This document shows positions 28,330 to 38,451 of a DNA stretch of 64,000 nt, piece after piece; the stretch's first letter is position 1; each line of letters opens with the position of its first letter. Made by a program: the position numbers and the translations under genes. This DNA comes from an uncultured Verrucomicrobiae bacterium (lineage in GTDB: Bacteria > Verrucomicrobiota > Verrucomicrobiia > Chthoniobacterales > Chthoniobacteraceae). The stretch spans positions 1,088,001 through 1,152,000 of the forward strand of contig CAVYKI010000009.1 of NCBI GenBank assembly GCA_963769025.1, read 5' to 3'. Under the pieces are notes generated by a model, which was given only the letters and a program-made list of their open reading frames with translations, had not been told where the DNA came from and did not search any database.

Positions 28330-30206
28330 CGCTGGACGGGGCGCAACACGACGCGCCGCAGATCCATCACGGCCCCGCCGGGCTTCGTCTTCGGTTTCAC
28401 GGCAACCGTCTGCCTTCCCGCCGGCATCTCGACTTCGCCGATCGTGCGCTGGATGAAGTTCTGAAAGTGCCCCGTGTCCTGCACGGTGAAGTTCAAAGTC
28501 TTGCCTGCGATCTCCACCGCGACCTCCGCGCCGCCGCTGCCCTTGCCGCAGCCTTGTGTGACTTCCACTTCGTACCTCCCGGGCGTCTTTACCTCAAACT
28601 CCCAGTCCGCCCAGTCCTCGGGCTTTGTCCAAAAGCCCAACGTGTCCTTCTGCGGCTGGGGCTCGTAGCGGAGCTTCTCGCCGTGGACACGCGCGTCCCT
28701 CGCGTGCAGGCGGATGTCGCCCTGCGCCGGCGTGATGAAAGGCTTGTTCCGCTTTTCACCGGGCGCGCCGTCGCCCTTCACGGCCGCATTCATCCCGGCG
28801 CGCCACTCCTTCCACTTTTCCTCCACCGCCGCGGCGCTCGCGCCCTTGGCGAGCAAGCTCGGGTCGGTATCCACGTACAGCGTGCGGTGGAGTTTTTCGT
28901 CGAAGGCCGGGTTGGGCTTCACCTCCTGCGCGCCGACGCTCACGCGCCATTCCGCGAGCTTCGCCTTCATCGTGGAAAGCCGGGCGGACTCCTTCTCAGC
29001 GAGGTCGTGCTTCTCGCCGACATCCTGCGCGAGATTGAAGAGTTCCACCTTCCCGTCCTCGAAATGCTCCACCAGCTTCCAGTCGCCCTCGCGCATCGCG
29101 CCGCCGGGGCGCCCGCCCTGGTTGGTGTAGTTTGGGAAGTGCCAGAAGAGCGCGCGCGGCGCGAGTTCACCGCCCGCGAGGAACTTGGTGAGGCTCGCGC
29201 CATCCAGCGGGCCGACCTGCTTCGCGAGATCGATGCCCGCGGCTTCGAGCAGCGTGGGCACCAGATCGGTGAGCACCACCGGCGTGTCGCTTACCCACGC
29301 GGGCTTCACCGTGCCGGGCCAGCGGATGATGAGCGGCACGCGCAGGCCGCCTTCGTAGTTGTAGCCCTTGCCGGAGCGGTACGGCTCGTTGTGAGTCGCG
29401 GGTGTGCCGGGAAATTCCAGCACGTGCAGTCCGCCATTGTCGCTGGCGAAAATGAAAATGGTCCGTTCGCGCAGACCGAGCGCGTCAATTTTTGCCATCA
29501 CGCGCCCCACGCAGGAATCGAGGTGCTCGATGACCGCCGCGTACACGGGATTGAACGTGTCCTTGTAGCGCGTCACCTCCTCGGGCAGGGCGGCGAACGG
29601 GATGTGCGGGGTATTGTGCGCGAGGTAGAGGAAAAATGGCCGGCCCTTATTCTCTTCAAGCCACTGCTCGGCGCGTGCCGTGAGGTCGTATTCGCCTTTG
29701 CTCCCCTCGGTCGCGCTCGGAGTGGTGTTCGCCTTGCCCGCGTAGGTGGATTCAAAGCCCTGCTCCTTCGGCCCGAAGCCCGCGTTGCCGAGGTGCCACT
29801 TGCCAATGTGCCCCGTGGCATAGCCCGCATCGCGCAGCCGCTCGGCGAGGGTCACTTCCTCCAGCGGCAACTGCCCCTCGATGATCGGCTGCTTCACGCG
29901 CTGGGAAGGAGCATCGGCACGGCCCGGCAGGAAATTCGTGAGGTGCAGCCGCGCAGGGCTCTTGCCAGTCATCAGCGCCGCTCGCGACGGGGAGCAGATC
30001 GGCTGCGCACAATAGCCGCTCGTGAAGCGAACCCCCTCGCCCGCCAGCCGATCCAGATTCGGCGTGCGATGCTCGGCGCGTCCGTAGCAGTGGAGATCAT
30101 TGATGCCGAGATCGTCCGCGAGGATCAGCACAATGTTCGGCCTGTCCGCCGCGCGCGCGGTGAAAGTGACGGCCAGCAGCAACAGGAGGAAACGGAGGGG
30201 TTTCAT
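28326..30206 (-). CDS. Secreted sulfatase with C-terminal beta-sandwich domain
   Basis: Signal peptide, ADDLG, CSPSRAALMTG, GKWHLG, SDNGG. Confidence 0.92.
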   Translation of the reverse strand: MKPLRFLLLLLAVTFTARAADRPNIVLILADDLGINDLHCYGRAEHRTPNLDRLAGEGVRFTSGYCAQPICSPSRAALMTGKSPARLHLTNFLPGRADAPSQRVKQPIIEGQLPLEEVTLAERLRDAGYATGHIGKWHLGNAGFGPKEQGFESTYAGKANTTPSATEGSKGEYDLTARAEQWLEENKGRPFFLYLAHNTPHIPFAALPEEVTRYKDTFNPVYAAVIEHLDSCVGRVMAKIDALGLRERTIFIFASDNGGLHVLEFPGTPATHNEPYRSGKGYNYEGGLRVPLIIRWPGTVKPAWVSDTPVVLTDLVPTLLEAAGIDLAKQVGPLDGASLTKFLAGGELAPRALFWHFPNYTNQGGRPGGAMREGDWKLVEHFEDGKVELFNLAQDVGEKHDLAEKESARLSTMKAKLAEWRVSVGAQEVKPNPAFDEKLHRTLYVDTDPSLLAKGASAAAVEEKWKEWRAGMNAAVKGDGAPGEKRNKPFITPAQGDIRLHARDARVHGEKLRYEPQPQKDTLGFWTKPEDWADWEFEVKTPGRYEVEVTQGCGKGSGGAEVAVEIAGKTLNFTVQDTGHFQNFIQRTIGEVEMPAGRQTVAVKPKTKPGGAVMDLRRVVLRPVQR

Positions 30207-30256
30207 GCAGGCGATGGCATCTGCGCAGCCGCAATGGCGCAAGCGCAGATTCCTTC

Positions 30257-30353
30257 GCAGCCGCCGACGGCAGGAGGCGGGCACCTTGAACGCCGCAAAC
30301 TCAGCCGAGATGGAACGCAAAAAAACAGCCCGCGTCGTCCCCTCGGCGCCTAC
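30257..30353. repeat. Degenerate inverted REP-like pair
   Basis: gcagccgccgacggcaggaggcggg (+) vs gtaggcgccgaggggacgacgcggg (-): 19/25 identical. Confidence 0.5.
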
Positions 30354-30360
30354 CGGCGGA

Positions 30361-31713
30361 TCACTTCTTCTTCCCCGGCCTCGCCCCGATCTTCGTCGGA
30401 TCGTAGTTCGGATTCGGCGTCGGGAATTGCGCGCCTGTCTCCTTCAGCCATGCGTCGAGTTTTCCGCGGACTTCGGCAGTCTTCGCTTTCTCCGTCGCAC
30501 TCACGTCGTGCTTTTCCAAGGGATCGCCCTTGAGATCGTAGAGCTCGTCACGCCCGTCTTCGTAAAAATGCACCAGCCGCCAGTCGCCGTCGCGGATCGC
30601 CGAATACGGCGTCGCCCCACCGGGATGGTAGTGCGGATAGTGCCAGAAAATTGTCCGCGACTGCGCACCGTCCGCGCCCAGCAACGCCCTCACCGACATC
30701 CCATCGCCCGGCGCCTTCACGCCTGCCGCGTCGAGCGCCGTGGCGTTCCAATCCATCGTGATCACCGGCGTCGCATTCTCCGTCCCGGCCCGGCTCACGC
30801 CCGGCCAGAAAATCATCCCCGGCACGCGCACTCCGCCTTCGTACGCACTGCCCTTGCCGGCGCGCATCCCGAGATTTTCCGTGGTGCCGGGCAGCCCGCC
30901 GTTATCGCTCGTGAATACGATCAGCGTGTTCTTATCCAGCTTCAGTTCCGCGAGCCGTGCGCGGATGCGGCCCACGCCGTCATCCACCGCTGCGATCATC
31001 GTCGCGTACTTCGCCTTGCCCTGCGGCGTCATCAGCTTCGCCTTCTCCTCGTACTTCGCCGTCACCTCCGGCAGCCCGCCGAGCGGCGTGTGGACGGCAT
31101 AATGCGAGAGATAGAGAAAGAACGGCTTGTCGCTCTTCGCCTCGATGAACTTCACCGCCTCCTCCGTGAGCCGGTGCGTGAGCGATTCGCCGGGAGGGCC
31201 GTCGGGGAGATTCGGGTTATTGTACGGCGAAAGGTAGGACGCAGGCTGCCCCCTGTGATTGTTCGCGATGGCCACATCAAAACCGTGCGCCGCAGGTCCG
31301 CCCGGCGAAAGATGCCACTTCCCGATCGCGCAAGTCCGGTAGCCCGCTGCGCCGAGCCGTTGCGCGATGGTCGTCTCCGCCTTCGGGAGTTCCTTGCTCC
31401 AGTCGGGGATCGCGAGCTTCGCAGCAGGCCGGTTGTGCCCAGCGATCCAATCCGTGATGTGCAGCCGCGCCGGATACTTGCCCGTCATCATCGCCGCGCG
31501 GGACGGCGAGCACACCGTGCAGGCGGAATACGCATTTGGAAAACGGCAGCCGTCCTTCGCCAGCCGGTCGATGTTCGGCGTCTCGTAAAACTTCGACCCG
31601 CAGCACCCGAGGTCCGTCGCCCCGAGATCGTCGATGAAAAAGATGATGATGTTCGGCTTGTCCGCAGCGCGCGCGGCAAGGACGGAGAGCAGGAGGGCGA
31701 GGAGGAGACGCAT
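30361..31713 (-). CDS. Secreted sulfatase
   Basis: Signal peptide, DDLG, CSPSRAAMMTG, GKWHL, SDNGG. Confidence 0.93.
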   Translation of the reverse strand: MRLLLALLLSVLAARAADKPNIIIFFIDDLGATDLGCCGSKFYETPNIDRLAKDGCRFPNAYSACTVCSPSRAAMMTGKYPARLHITDWIAGHNRPAAKLAIPDWSKELPKAETTIAQRLGAAGYRTCAIGKWHLSPGGPAAHGFDVAIANNHRGQPASYLSPYNNPNLPDGPPGESLTHRLTEEAVKFIEAKSDKPFFLYLSHYAVHTPLGGLPEVTAKYEEKAKLMTPQGKAKYATMIAAVDDGVGRIRARLAELKLDKNTLIVFTSDNGGLPGTTENLGMRAGKGSAYEGGVRVPGMIFWPGVSRAGTENATPVITMDWNATALDAAGVKAPGDGMSVRALLGADGAQSRTIFWHYPHYHPGGATPYSAIRDGDWRLVHFYEDGRDELYDLKGDPLEKHDVSATEKAKTAEVRGKLDAWLKETGAQFPTPNPNYDPTKIGARPGKKK

Positions 31714-31835
31714 GACGTCGAGTGTTCATGCATCCCATCCTGCGGCGAGCGGAAAACAAGGCGGGGAGCCTTCGGAATCGGACTCGCTCGCTCCCGCTTA
31801 GTGCTCCATGTCGTTCGGATTCCCAGCGCCGCAGC

Positions 31836-34800
31836 CTACTTCGCCGGCTCGACGATCATCACGCCACGCATGACGAGGTAGTGGCCGGGGAAGGAGCAGA
31901 TGTAGGGATAGCGGCCCGGCTCCTTCGGCGCGTGGAAGCGCAGCGTGTCGGTCTCGCCCTGCTTGAGCATCTTCGTGGTGTGCATGACTTTTTCCGACTT
32001 GGGGACGAAGTCCATCTTCTCGAATGCACCGGGCAGCGTGGCCATCTGGTTTGCGGCCTGGCCGATCTCGTCCTCGGAGCCTGGCTGCACGATCATCAAG
32101 TTGTGCGGCGTGGCGTCGGGGTTTTCCAGGATGAGCTTCACCGGCGAGCCGGCCTTCACTTTGAACTCCGTGATCGTGAACATCATCCTTTCGTGGAGTG
32201 TGGACATCTGCACGATCTGCGGCTTGAGCTTGTCGAACGGATCGCGCGCGCCCGTGCTGCTCGGCTTGCGCTTCTGCGGCGTGCTGTCGGCAAGGAATTT
32301 CACGAGCTGCGGCTCGGCAGAAAATTTCGCGTCCTTCTCCCAGTGCGGCTTCAGCGAATCGAGCGCGCTGCGCAGGGCGAACGTGAGATACGTGTCCATC
32401 GGGTGCTTCAGCAAATCGAGCGCGACGCCCGCGGCCTCCCGGCTCTGGAAATAGCTCGCGGCAATCGCCGCCTCCAGTCGCACGAGCCCGTTCCCGTCAT
32501 TCGCGCATTCGCGCAGGAGGTCGAGCGCACGCGGTTCGGTCGAGGTGCAGATGAGCGATTCCTTTCCGTCCTCCCCCGTCACTTTGATCAAGTCGTGCCC
32601 CTGCCCCGCGAGCAGCGGATGCGCCCAGCGCAGTTCGCGCGTCGCCGCGGCGCGGGCCTGGGGATCCTTCGCGTGCAGCAGCTTCATGAGCAGATCCACA
32701 TTCGTGAAGCCCAGCCCGCGATACATCCACAACGCCTCGGTTTCGTGATGCAGCACACGCGCATCGCCCGCATCGAGCTTCGGCCACCACGCATCGAGCG
32801 CCTTGCGCACTTCGTCGCGCGGACGCTCGCGCAGTTCCATCTTCGCGAGGTAGCGCGTGCGCGGCTCGGGGACTTTCAAAAGTTCCAGCAGCGCGGGAAC
32901 CTGCTCGCCCGCGATCTTCGGCGCATCGAGCAGCGGCTGTCCCTTCGCGGTGATTCGCCAGATGCGGCCGCTCGTCTTGTCGCGGCGCGTGTCGCGCAGC
33001 GAATACTGCGCGTGGCCCTTCACCGGATTGTACCAGTCGCACACATACATGTCGCCGCGCGGGCCGCAGCGCACGTCGGTCGGGATGAACGACAGGTTCG
33101 TGCTCTCCCACACGTGGCCCTCCAGCTTCTCCTCGAAGTGCGTGTCCTTTTCCTCCCAGCGCATGATTTCCACGCTGTTCGTCGGCTTGTAGCGCACGCG
33201 CGCGAAGCACCCCTGCAGCTCCGCGGGAAAATGCCGGCCCGTGAAAAACTCCTGCCCGCAGGTGCCGCTGTAGGCCGGGAAGAAATTCCCCGCCGGCACG
33301 TGCTGCTGCGGGAATGGCGGGTTCAGCGCATGCACCGCGCTCGCGAAGACCGGATGACTCCCGACGTGCCAGCCCCAGTCATCGAACACGATGCCCCACG
33401 GATTCGTGCTGTAGTAGCTGCCGAATGCGAGCAGCCGCTGCGTCGCCGGGCGGAAGCGGAAGAACGTGCTGTCCTGCGCGCGCACCGGGCCGTAGGGCGT
33501 CTCGACCGACGAGTGATGAAAGATGCTCTCGCGGAAAATGAGGTCGCCGTCCGGGCTCCACGCAAAGTCGTGCAGCGCGTGATGCGAATCCTCCGTGCCG
33601 AAACCCGTCATCACGATCTGCTTCAGGTCCGCCTTTCCGTCGCCGTCCGTGTCCTTGAGAAAAACGAGGCTCGGCTGCTCCGACACATACACGCCGCCGT
33701 CGCCAAACTCGAAGGACAGCGGGATCGTCAGCCCCGTCGCGAACGTCGAGCACTTGTCCGCCTTCCCGTCGCCATCCGTGTCTTCGAGGATGATCGAGCT
33801 TGTCGCCCGGCGCGTCGCCCGGCGTCACCTGCGGATAGGTCTGCGAGCACGACACCCACAGCCGCCCGCGCGTGTCGAAGCGCATCTGGATCGGCTTCGC
33901 CAGTTCGGGAAAATCTTCCTCCGACGCAAAGCAGTTCACCTCAAAGCGCGGATCGATCCGGAACGCCTTCAGCTCGTCCGCAGGCGTGAGCCATTCGTTG
34001 ATGGGCCGGTCGCCCGTGATCGCCGGGAGCGGCGTCGTGTTCGAGTCGTCCACCTTCACGCCCCTTCCCTTCGGCGAGCGCCCACGCCGCGCGGTCGCGG
34101 TTCTCCGTCATCTCCTCCAGCTTCTTCAGCTCGCCGGGGAAATTGACCACGCCATACGGCTGCGCGCGCCCGCCGGTGATGTAGAAGCCATTCAGCGGAC
34201 GGTAATGCAGCAGCCACTGCCGGTTCTTGTCCTCCACCGTTTCCTTCAACTGCGCCGACACGTCCTTCGGCGTCTCGCTGAACAGCCCGCGGAACAGCAT
34301 CTCGCCAAACTGCCGGTAGCCCGCGTCCGTGAGATGGATGCCATTAAAAGTGAGCGCCTCCTTTTTCTCCGCCGCATTTTTCCGCGCCTCCATCGCCGCG
34401 AGAGACGGCGTGAACACATCCACAAACCCCACGCGCTCCCGCTTCGCCACGCGCTCCATCGCCTCCGTGTAGAGGCGCAGCCGCGCGTTGCTCTCGCGCC
34501 CGTCCGGCAGATTCGGATTGCCGAGATTCTCATGCGCGATCGGCGAGATGAGCACGATGGCCGGTGCCGACTTCCCATTGTAGCGATGCGCCCGCAGCCC
34601 CGCGACGAACGCCACCAGATCCGCCTCAAACTTCGCCACGCCCGCCGCACCGGCAAACGACTCATTGAACCCATACCCCGCGAGCACCACGTCCGCCTTC
34701 ACCTCCGCGAGCTGCGCGTGCATGTCCGCATATTTCTCCGGACGCGGCTGCACCGTGATCTCATCCCCCGGCCAGGCGAGCGTCCGCACCACCGGCTGCT

Positions 34801-35047
34801 GCGCCGCAAACCGCGCAAACAGCATCCCCTCAAACCACCCATGCGCCTGCATCCGCTCCATGAGCGTCCCCCCGAGAATCGCAATGCGCGCCCCCTTCTC
34901 GATGGAAAGCGGGAGCATCGTTGGAATCACCTCAGCAGCCTTCGCCGATTGCGCGGCACCCGCCGCATTCTGCGCACACACGGGCCACGAACACGCGACG
35001 GAAAGAACGGCAACGGCGGCGGGGAAAAGAAGGCGAGGGGAATTCAT
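31836..35047 (-). CDS. Large secreted PVC-type protein: SGNH-like domain + beta-propeller + HEAT repeats + azurin-like cupredoxin; two +1 frameshifts (~34062, ~33796)
   Basis: Three consecutive ORF pieces join into about 1069 aa; NGIHL, FASEEDFPELAKP, DTDGDGKAD, DWYN, PHN...YICSFPGHYLVM. Confidence 0.8.
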
Positions 35048-35176
35048 GGGAGTGCTCGGAACACCCTCACCGCCGCGACGACGGACACTCAAGGATTTTC
35101 AAATCAACTTGGTGCATTTCACAAATTCCCCGACCGGCTTACGCCCTAACAGCGAAATTGGGGTTTCGCGGCCGAC

Positions 35177-36889
35177 TCAAATCGTCAGCGCCCAAATCGA
35201 TTTGGCAACTTTCGCCATCTCGCCTTGCCGTTTTGCAATCGTCTCTTCCGTCCAGTCGCTGTATTGAGGCAGTTCCTTCGAAGTTCGATATTGGGATTGT
35301 GCATACACATGCTGTTTTTGTGCAAATGCGGCGTTGCCAGCTTGCTGCCCATTCAATCCTCGCTCCAACAATGAGTAGTTGCCGACGCGCTCGTAGCTGC
35401 GCTCATGTGCCTCGGGAGTAAACTGCTCCCACCCGACCTCACCCGGATTCTCCGGCAGGATATGCTCAACCGTGGCGGTCATCCCTTCGTCGGTGATGTC
35501 GGCACCGCTGAGTTGCTTTTCAATCTTAGCGAGAAGGTAGCGCAACCGCTTGCCAGAAGTGCTGCGGTTCCTCAGTCGAAGCGCTGAGAAATCCGCCTCG
35601 AACTCATCATCGGGAACGTAGATGGGCCGTAGAGCCTGCCGCACCGCAGCAAGTGTTGTAGCAGTGCCACGACGGACTTCCAAGGCTGCGCGGTTGTAAA
35701 TTTCTTCCAGAATGTGAGTGCTGCGTCGGCCGACGCCGTTGAATCTCACCGACAACACCGCGCAATAACGAAGAATCTCCACCAAGTCTTGCGGAGCGAT
35801 GAACACATCCTTCGCAGCAAGGACTAGCGGTGTGAACTGGGATACATTGAAAAGGTTGAGCACGCGCACCTGTTCGCGTGCGCCTTGGTAATCCAGCCAG
35901 AACTGGCTGGAAAAGTCGCTGAGTGCTTCGAACCACGCGGCATCCTTCTCTAATCGATCGAGCAGAGCAAATACGTGGTCCAGTGTCGTCACATCCCGCT
36001 TGATCGTTTTGAAGAGCTGCTTCTGTCGCACGTATTCACGATGAGAGTTCAGGTGGTGACGCAGGAAATCGGGAAAGCTGGCGATGCCCACACGAGCGGT
36101 GATGCGCGCCCACTGCCGGAGCACCGGGTCCATCTGCGACTTGCTGAGACGATCCGCCAGCGACAGCAGGTAGTTTTTCAACAGATCAGTTTCTGTCAGT
36201 TCCAAACCACGCGCGTTCAGAGTTTCAAAGACGGTGTAGGCGCTCAACTGATCCTGCACTCGCACGCTGATGAATACCAATCGCTCGGTAACAATCTCGC
36301 TGACGAAGCCCGCTACCTCCTCGCCCTTCTTCTTGCGCGAAAACTTTTCCTGAACCTTGCGTTTGAAGAACTGGAAACACTCCCAAAGAAGTCTCTCCGA
36401 ATCACGCAAACCTCGAACTCCACCCTGCGGCGGCTTGCGCTGGGCGAGGTTCAACTGAAAGAAGTCGTCGTCGTTGTTGTTGAGCTTGAGTTTTGGCGTG
36501 ATCCTCAGACTAGCCTCGTCTTTCGAGCCGACGTATCGCCCCTCCAAGAGTTCGGCTCGCTCGCGGTTTTCGGCTGGCTCGACGCCTTCTTTCGCAAGCT
36601 CATAGAGATAATCCGCGCAGGCGAGGATCAGGATGCTAAGCGTCGCCATTCGCTGCTGCCCGTAAATAATCCGGAACTGCTTCCGCTCGCCACTTTCCAG
36701 CACCAGCGCGCCCATGTAGTGATCCTCGCGGTTGGCCTCGATAGTCATCAAGTCTTCCCAGAGGTCCTCCCAATGCTCGTCCTTCCACGAGTAGTCACGT
36801 TGATACGGGGGAACACTGTAGCTCTTCCCGTTGCTGAGAAGCTCCTTCAGGTCTTCCGTATCGGTGTTGAGTAGAGTGCTGCGTGCCAT
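35177..36889 (-). CDS. DUF262 + DUF1524 (HNH) protein, GmrSD-like modification-dependent nuclease
   Basis: VPPYQRDYSW, (D>Y)GQQR, FETLNARG, VEHILP...GNYSLL...N; visibly less GC-biased codons than the flanks. Confidence 0.9.
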   Translation of the reverse strand: MARSTLLNTDTEDLKELLSNGKSYSVPPYQRDYSWKDEHWEDLWEDLMTIEANREDHYMGALVLESGERKQFRIIYGQQRMATLSILILACADYLYELAKEGVEPAENRERAELLEGRYVGSKDEASLRITPKLKLNNNDDDFFQLNLAQRKPPQGGVRGLRDSERLLWECFQFFKRKVQEKFSRKKKGEEVAGFVSEIVTERLVFISVRVQDQLSAYTVFETLNARGLELTETDLLKNYLLSLADRLSKSQMDPVLRQWARITARVGIASFPDFLRHHLNSHREYVRQKQLFKTIKRDVTTLDHVFALLDRLEKDAAWFEALSDFSSQFWLDYQGAREQVRVLNLFNVSQFTPLVLAAKDVFIAPQDLVEILRYCAVLSVRFNGVGRRSTHILEEIYNRAALEVRRGTATTLAAVRQALRPIYVPDDEFEADFSALRLRNRSTSGKRLRYLLAKIEKQLSGADITDEGMTATVEHILPENPGEVGWEQFTPEAHERSYERVGNYSLLERGLNGQQAGNAAFAQKQHVYAQSQYRTSKELPQYSDWTEETIAKRQGEMAKVAKSIWALTI

Positions 36890-36959
36890 AATTGACGGTG
36901 AGTTTACACAGTCGATCAGGAATGAACAGTCTCCGCCATACTCAGTTTTCCGCGCAGGA

Positions 36960-37178
36960 GAACCACGCCCGCAGCCCGTCCTTCTTCAGCCGCTCCGCCA
37001 CGTCGCGCATGACCGCGTTGCCGCCAGTGTCGTGCATCAAAGTGGGCGGCTTACTTCGTTTGTCCTTTTCGCTGTGGCTCGGGAAGACGTCGTAGGGGAA
37101 TTCACCGGGCATGGCTGTGGGGAATGGGATTCAGACGCTGGTTCCAACCTGCGGACGCGAGGTGCATAGCAGGGCGGG
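36960..37178 (-). repeat. Direct repeat copy A: leader + truncated TIR N-terminus (mini-ORF 37112-36942)
   Basis: About 90% identical to 38232-38451 by manual alignment (about 22 differences in 219 nt); encodes MPGEFPYDVFPSHSEKDK...AVMRDVAERLKKDGLRAWF. Confidence 0.9.
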
Positions 37179-37273
37179 CACCGGGACGGCAAGCAGTTGG
37201 GCGGGTTTTTGAAGGATGCAAATTTTCCAAAGGTGACGGTGATCTTTCCGGGGGCGCGGGTTTCTCGCTCACA

Positions 37274-37564
37274 TCAGCCGCTGAACGGGCGTCTGGCAGC
37301 ATGACGGATGTGGCCGATGAGCACGGCGGTGGAGTGGATTTGAAAGAAGACAATGTAATTGCCGAAGGGCATCATCCTCCACGTTCTGGCGTACGGATAT
37401 GCCGCGAAGCGTTCAGGGAAAGTCTCCAAAGAGGCGCAGGCGGCGAGCAGTTGGCTGACGAAACGATCGGCCACCGCACGGTCGCGAGCCTCATCAACGA
37501 GCCGGGTGTGAATCCCGTCCAAGTCCCGGAGCGTGCGCCGGGCATGGACAACCTCGCGCTTCAC
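37274..37564 (-). CDS. RelE/ParE-family toxin
   Basis: RDLDGI...L..FPE...RMMPFGNYIVFF...I.HIRHAAR; GTG overlaps the antitoxin stop. Confidence 0.85.
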   Translation of the reverse strand: MKREVVHARRTLRDLDGIHTRLVDEARDRAVADRFVSQLLAACASLETFPERFAAYPYARTWRMMPFGNYIVFFQIHSTAVLIGHIRHAARRPFSG

Positions 37565-37773
37565 GGCAGACCGAAATGCCGCCGCACGTCACCTTCCCGC
37601 AAGACATCTCCCCGGGCGAACTCCGCTTCGGCTTCAGAAAGCGCCTCGCGAATCACCGAGGTCTCTTCGCTGGAAAAACGCGACGCGAGCATTTCGGCAA
37701 TGCCGGTCTGGATCTTCATCCATTCCTCGCTGGGCATCGCGGCAATGGTGGCGAGAAGTTCCTGAGCGTTCAT
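37561..37773 (-). CDS. Putative antitoxin of the ParE-type toxin
   Basis: 70-aa acidic protein ending ALSEAEAEFARGDV...VRRHFGL; translationally coupled to the toxin. Confidence 0.75.
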   Translation of the reverse strand: MNAQELLATIAAMPSEEWMKIQTGIAEMLASRFSSEETSVIREALSEAEAEFARGDVLREGDVRRHFGLP

Positions 37774-37888
37774 GTCGCCCGCACGCTGCCACGGCGAGGC
37801 ATCGCCCTCAAGTGAGAACCCCGCACATTTTTCATTTCGAGGTTCCATGGGGAGTGACGGGGCCGGATGGAGCCGGGTTGCAACACGA

Positions 37889-37915
37889 TTGGTCGCTGAA
37901 GAAGCGCAGGCTCAC
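37889..37915 (-). pseudogene. Nine-codon stub of a probable DUF5615/PIN toxin
   Basis: GTG overlapping the DUF433 stop gives VSLRFFSDQ, resembling the xxFxxDx start of PIN toxins that partner DUF433; then unrelated sequence. Confidence 0.45.
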
Positions 37916-38133
37916 GCAGGCACGGCTTCAAATTCCGACAAGTCGCGGGCGTAATCCAGGCACGCCGCAACATCGGCCGGAGTGATGTCGGGAAATTCCC
38001 GCTGGATGGCTGCCGCATCGCGTCCTGCCGCCAGATAGCCCAGGATGAGCGCCACGGGAATGCGGGTGCCCTTGATGCACGGCTTGCCGCGGAGGATTTG
38101 CGAATCGCTAAGGATGTGTTCGCGCCAGTTCAT
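37912..38133 (-). CDS. DUF433 family antitoxin
   Basis: I.SD..IL.GKPCIKGTRIPV..IL..LAAG......EFP.IT..DV.ACL.YA. Confidence 0.9.
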   Translation of the reverse strand: MNWREHILSDSQILRGKPCIKGTRIPVALILGYLAAGRDAAAIQREFPDITPADVAACLDYARDLSEFEAVPA

Positions 38134-38231
38134 AAGGTGAATTATGTCACACGCTTGGCGGAAGGCGAGAGCTTCGCAGTCTTCGACTGGGTTCTTTCGA
38201 TGCTGCCGCCGGGCCGGATCTCCCATTCATC

Positions 38232-38451
38232 GAACCACCCCCGCAGCCCGTCCTTCCTCAGCCGCTCCGCCACGCCGCGCACGACCGGGTTGCCGCCAGT
38301 GTCGTGCATCAAAGTGGGCGGCATACTTCGTTTGTCCCTTGCGTTGTGGCTCGGGAAAGCATCGCAAGGGAATTCACCGGGCATCGCTCTGGGGAGTGGG
38401 ATTCCAACGCTGGTTCCGACCTGCGGACGCGAGGTGGCATGGCAGGGCGGG
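38232..38451 (-). repeat. Direct repeat copy B: leader + truncated TIR N-terminus (mini-ORF 38384-38142)
   Basis: Encodes MPGEFPCDAFPSHNARDK...PVVRGVAERLRKDGLRGWFDEWEIRPGGSI; 1272 nt from copy A. Confidence 0.9.

Noticed and set aside
33790..34070. Programmed frameshifting in the large secreted protein
   Set aside because: Single extra bases (one in a G run) with no slippery heptamer; similar indels in other genes point to consensus errors
35135..35176. Integron attC site after the GmrSD-like gene (GCGAAA/TTTCGC hairpin followed by GTTAGGGC on -)
   Set aside because: No matching RYYYAAC inverse core after the stop codon and no integrase; at most a remnant
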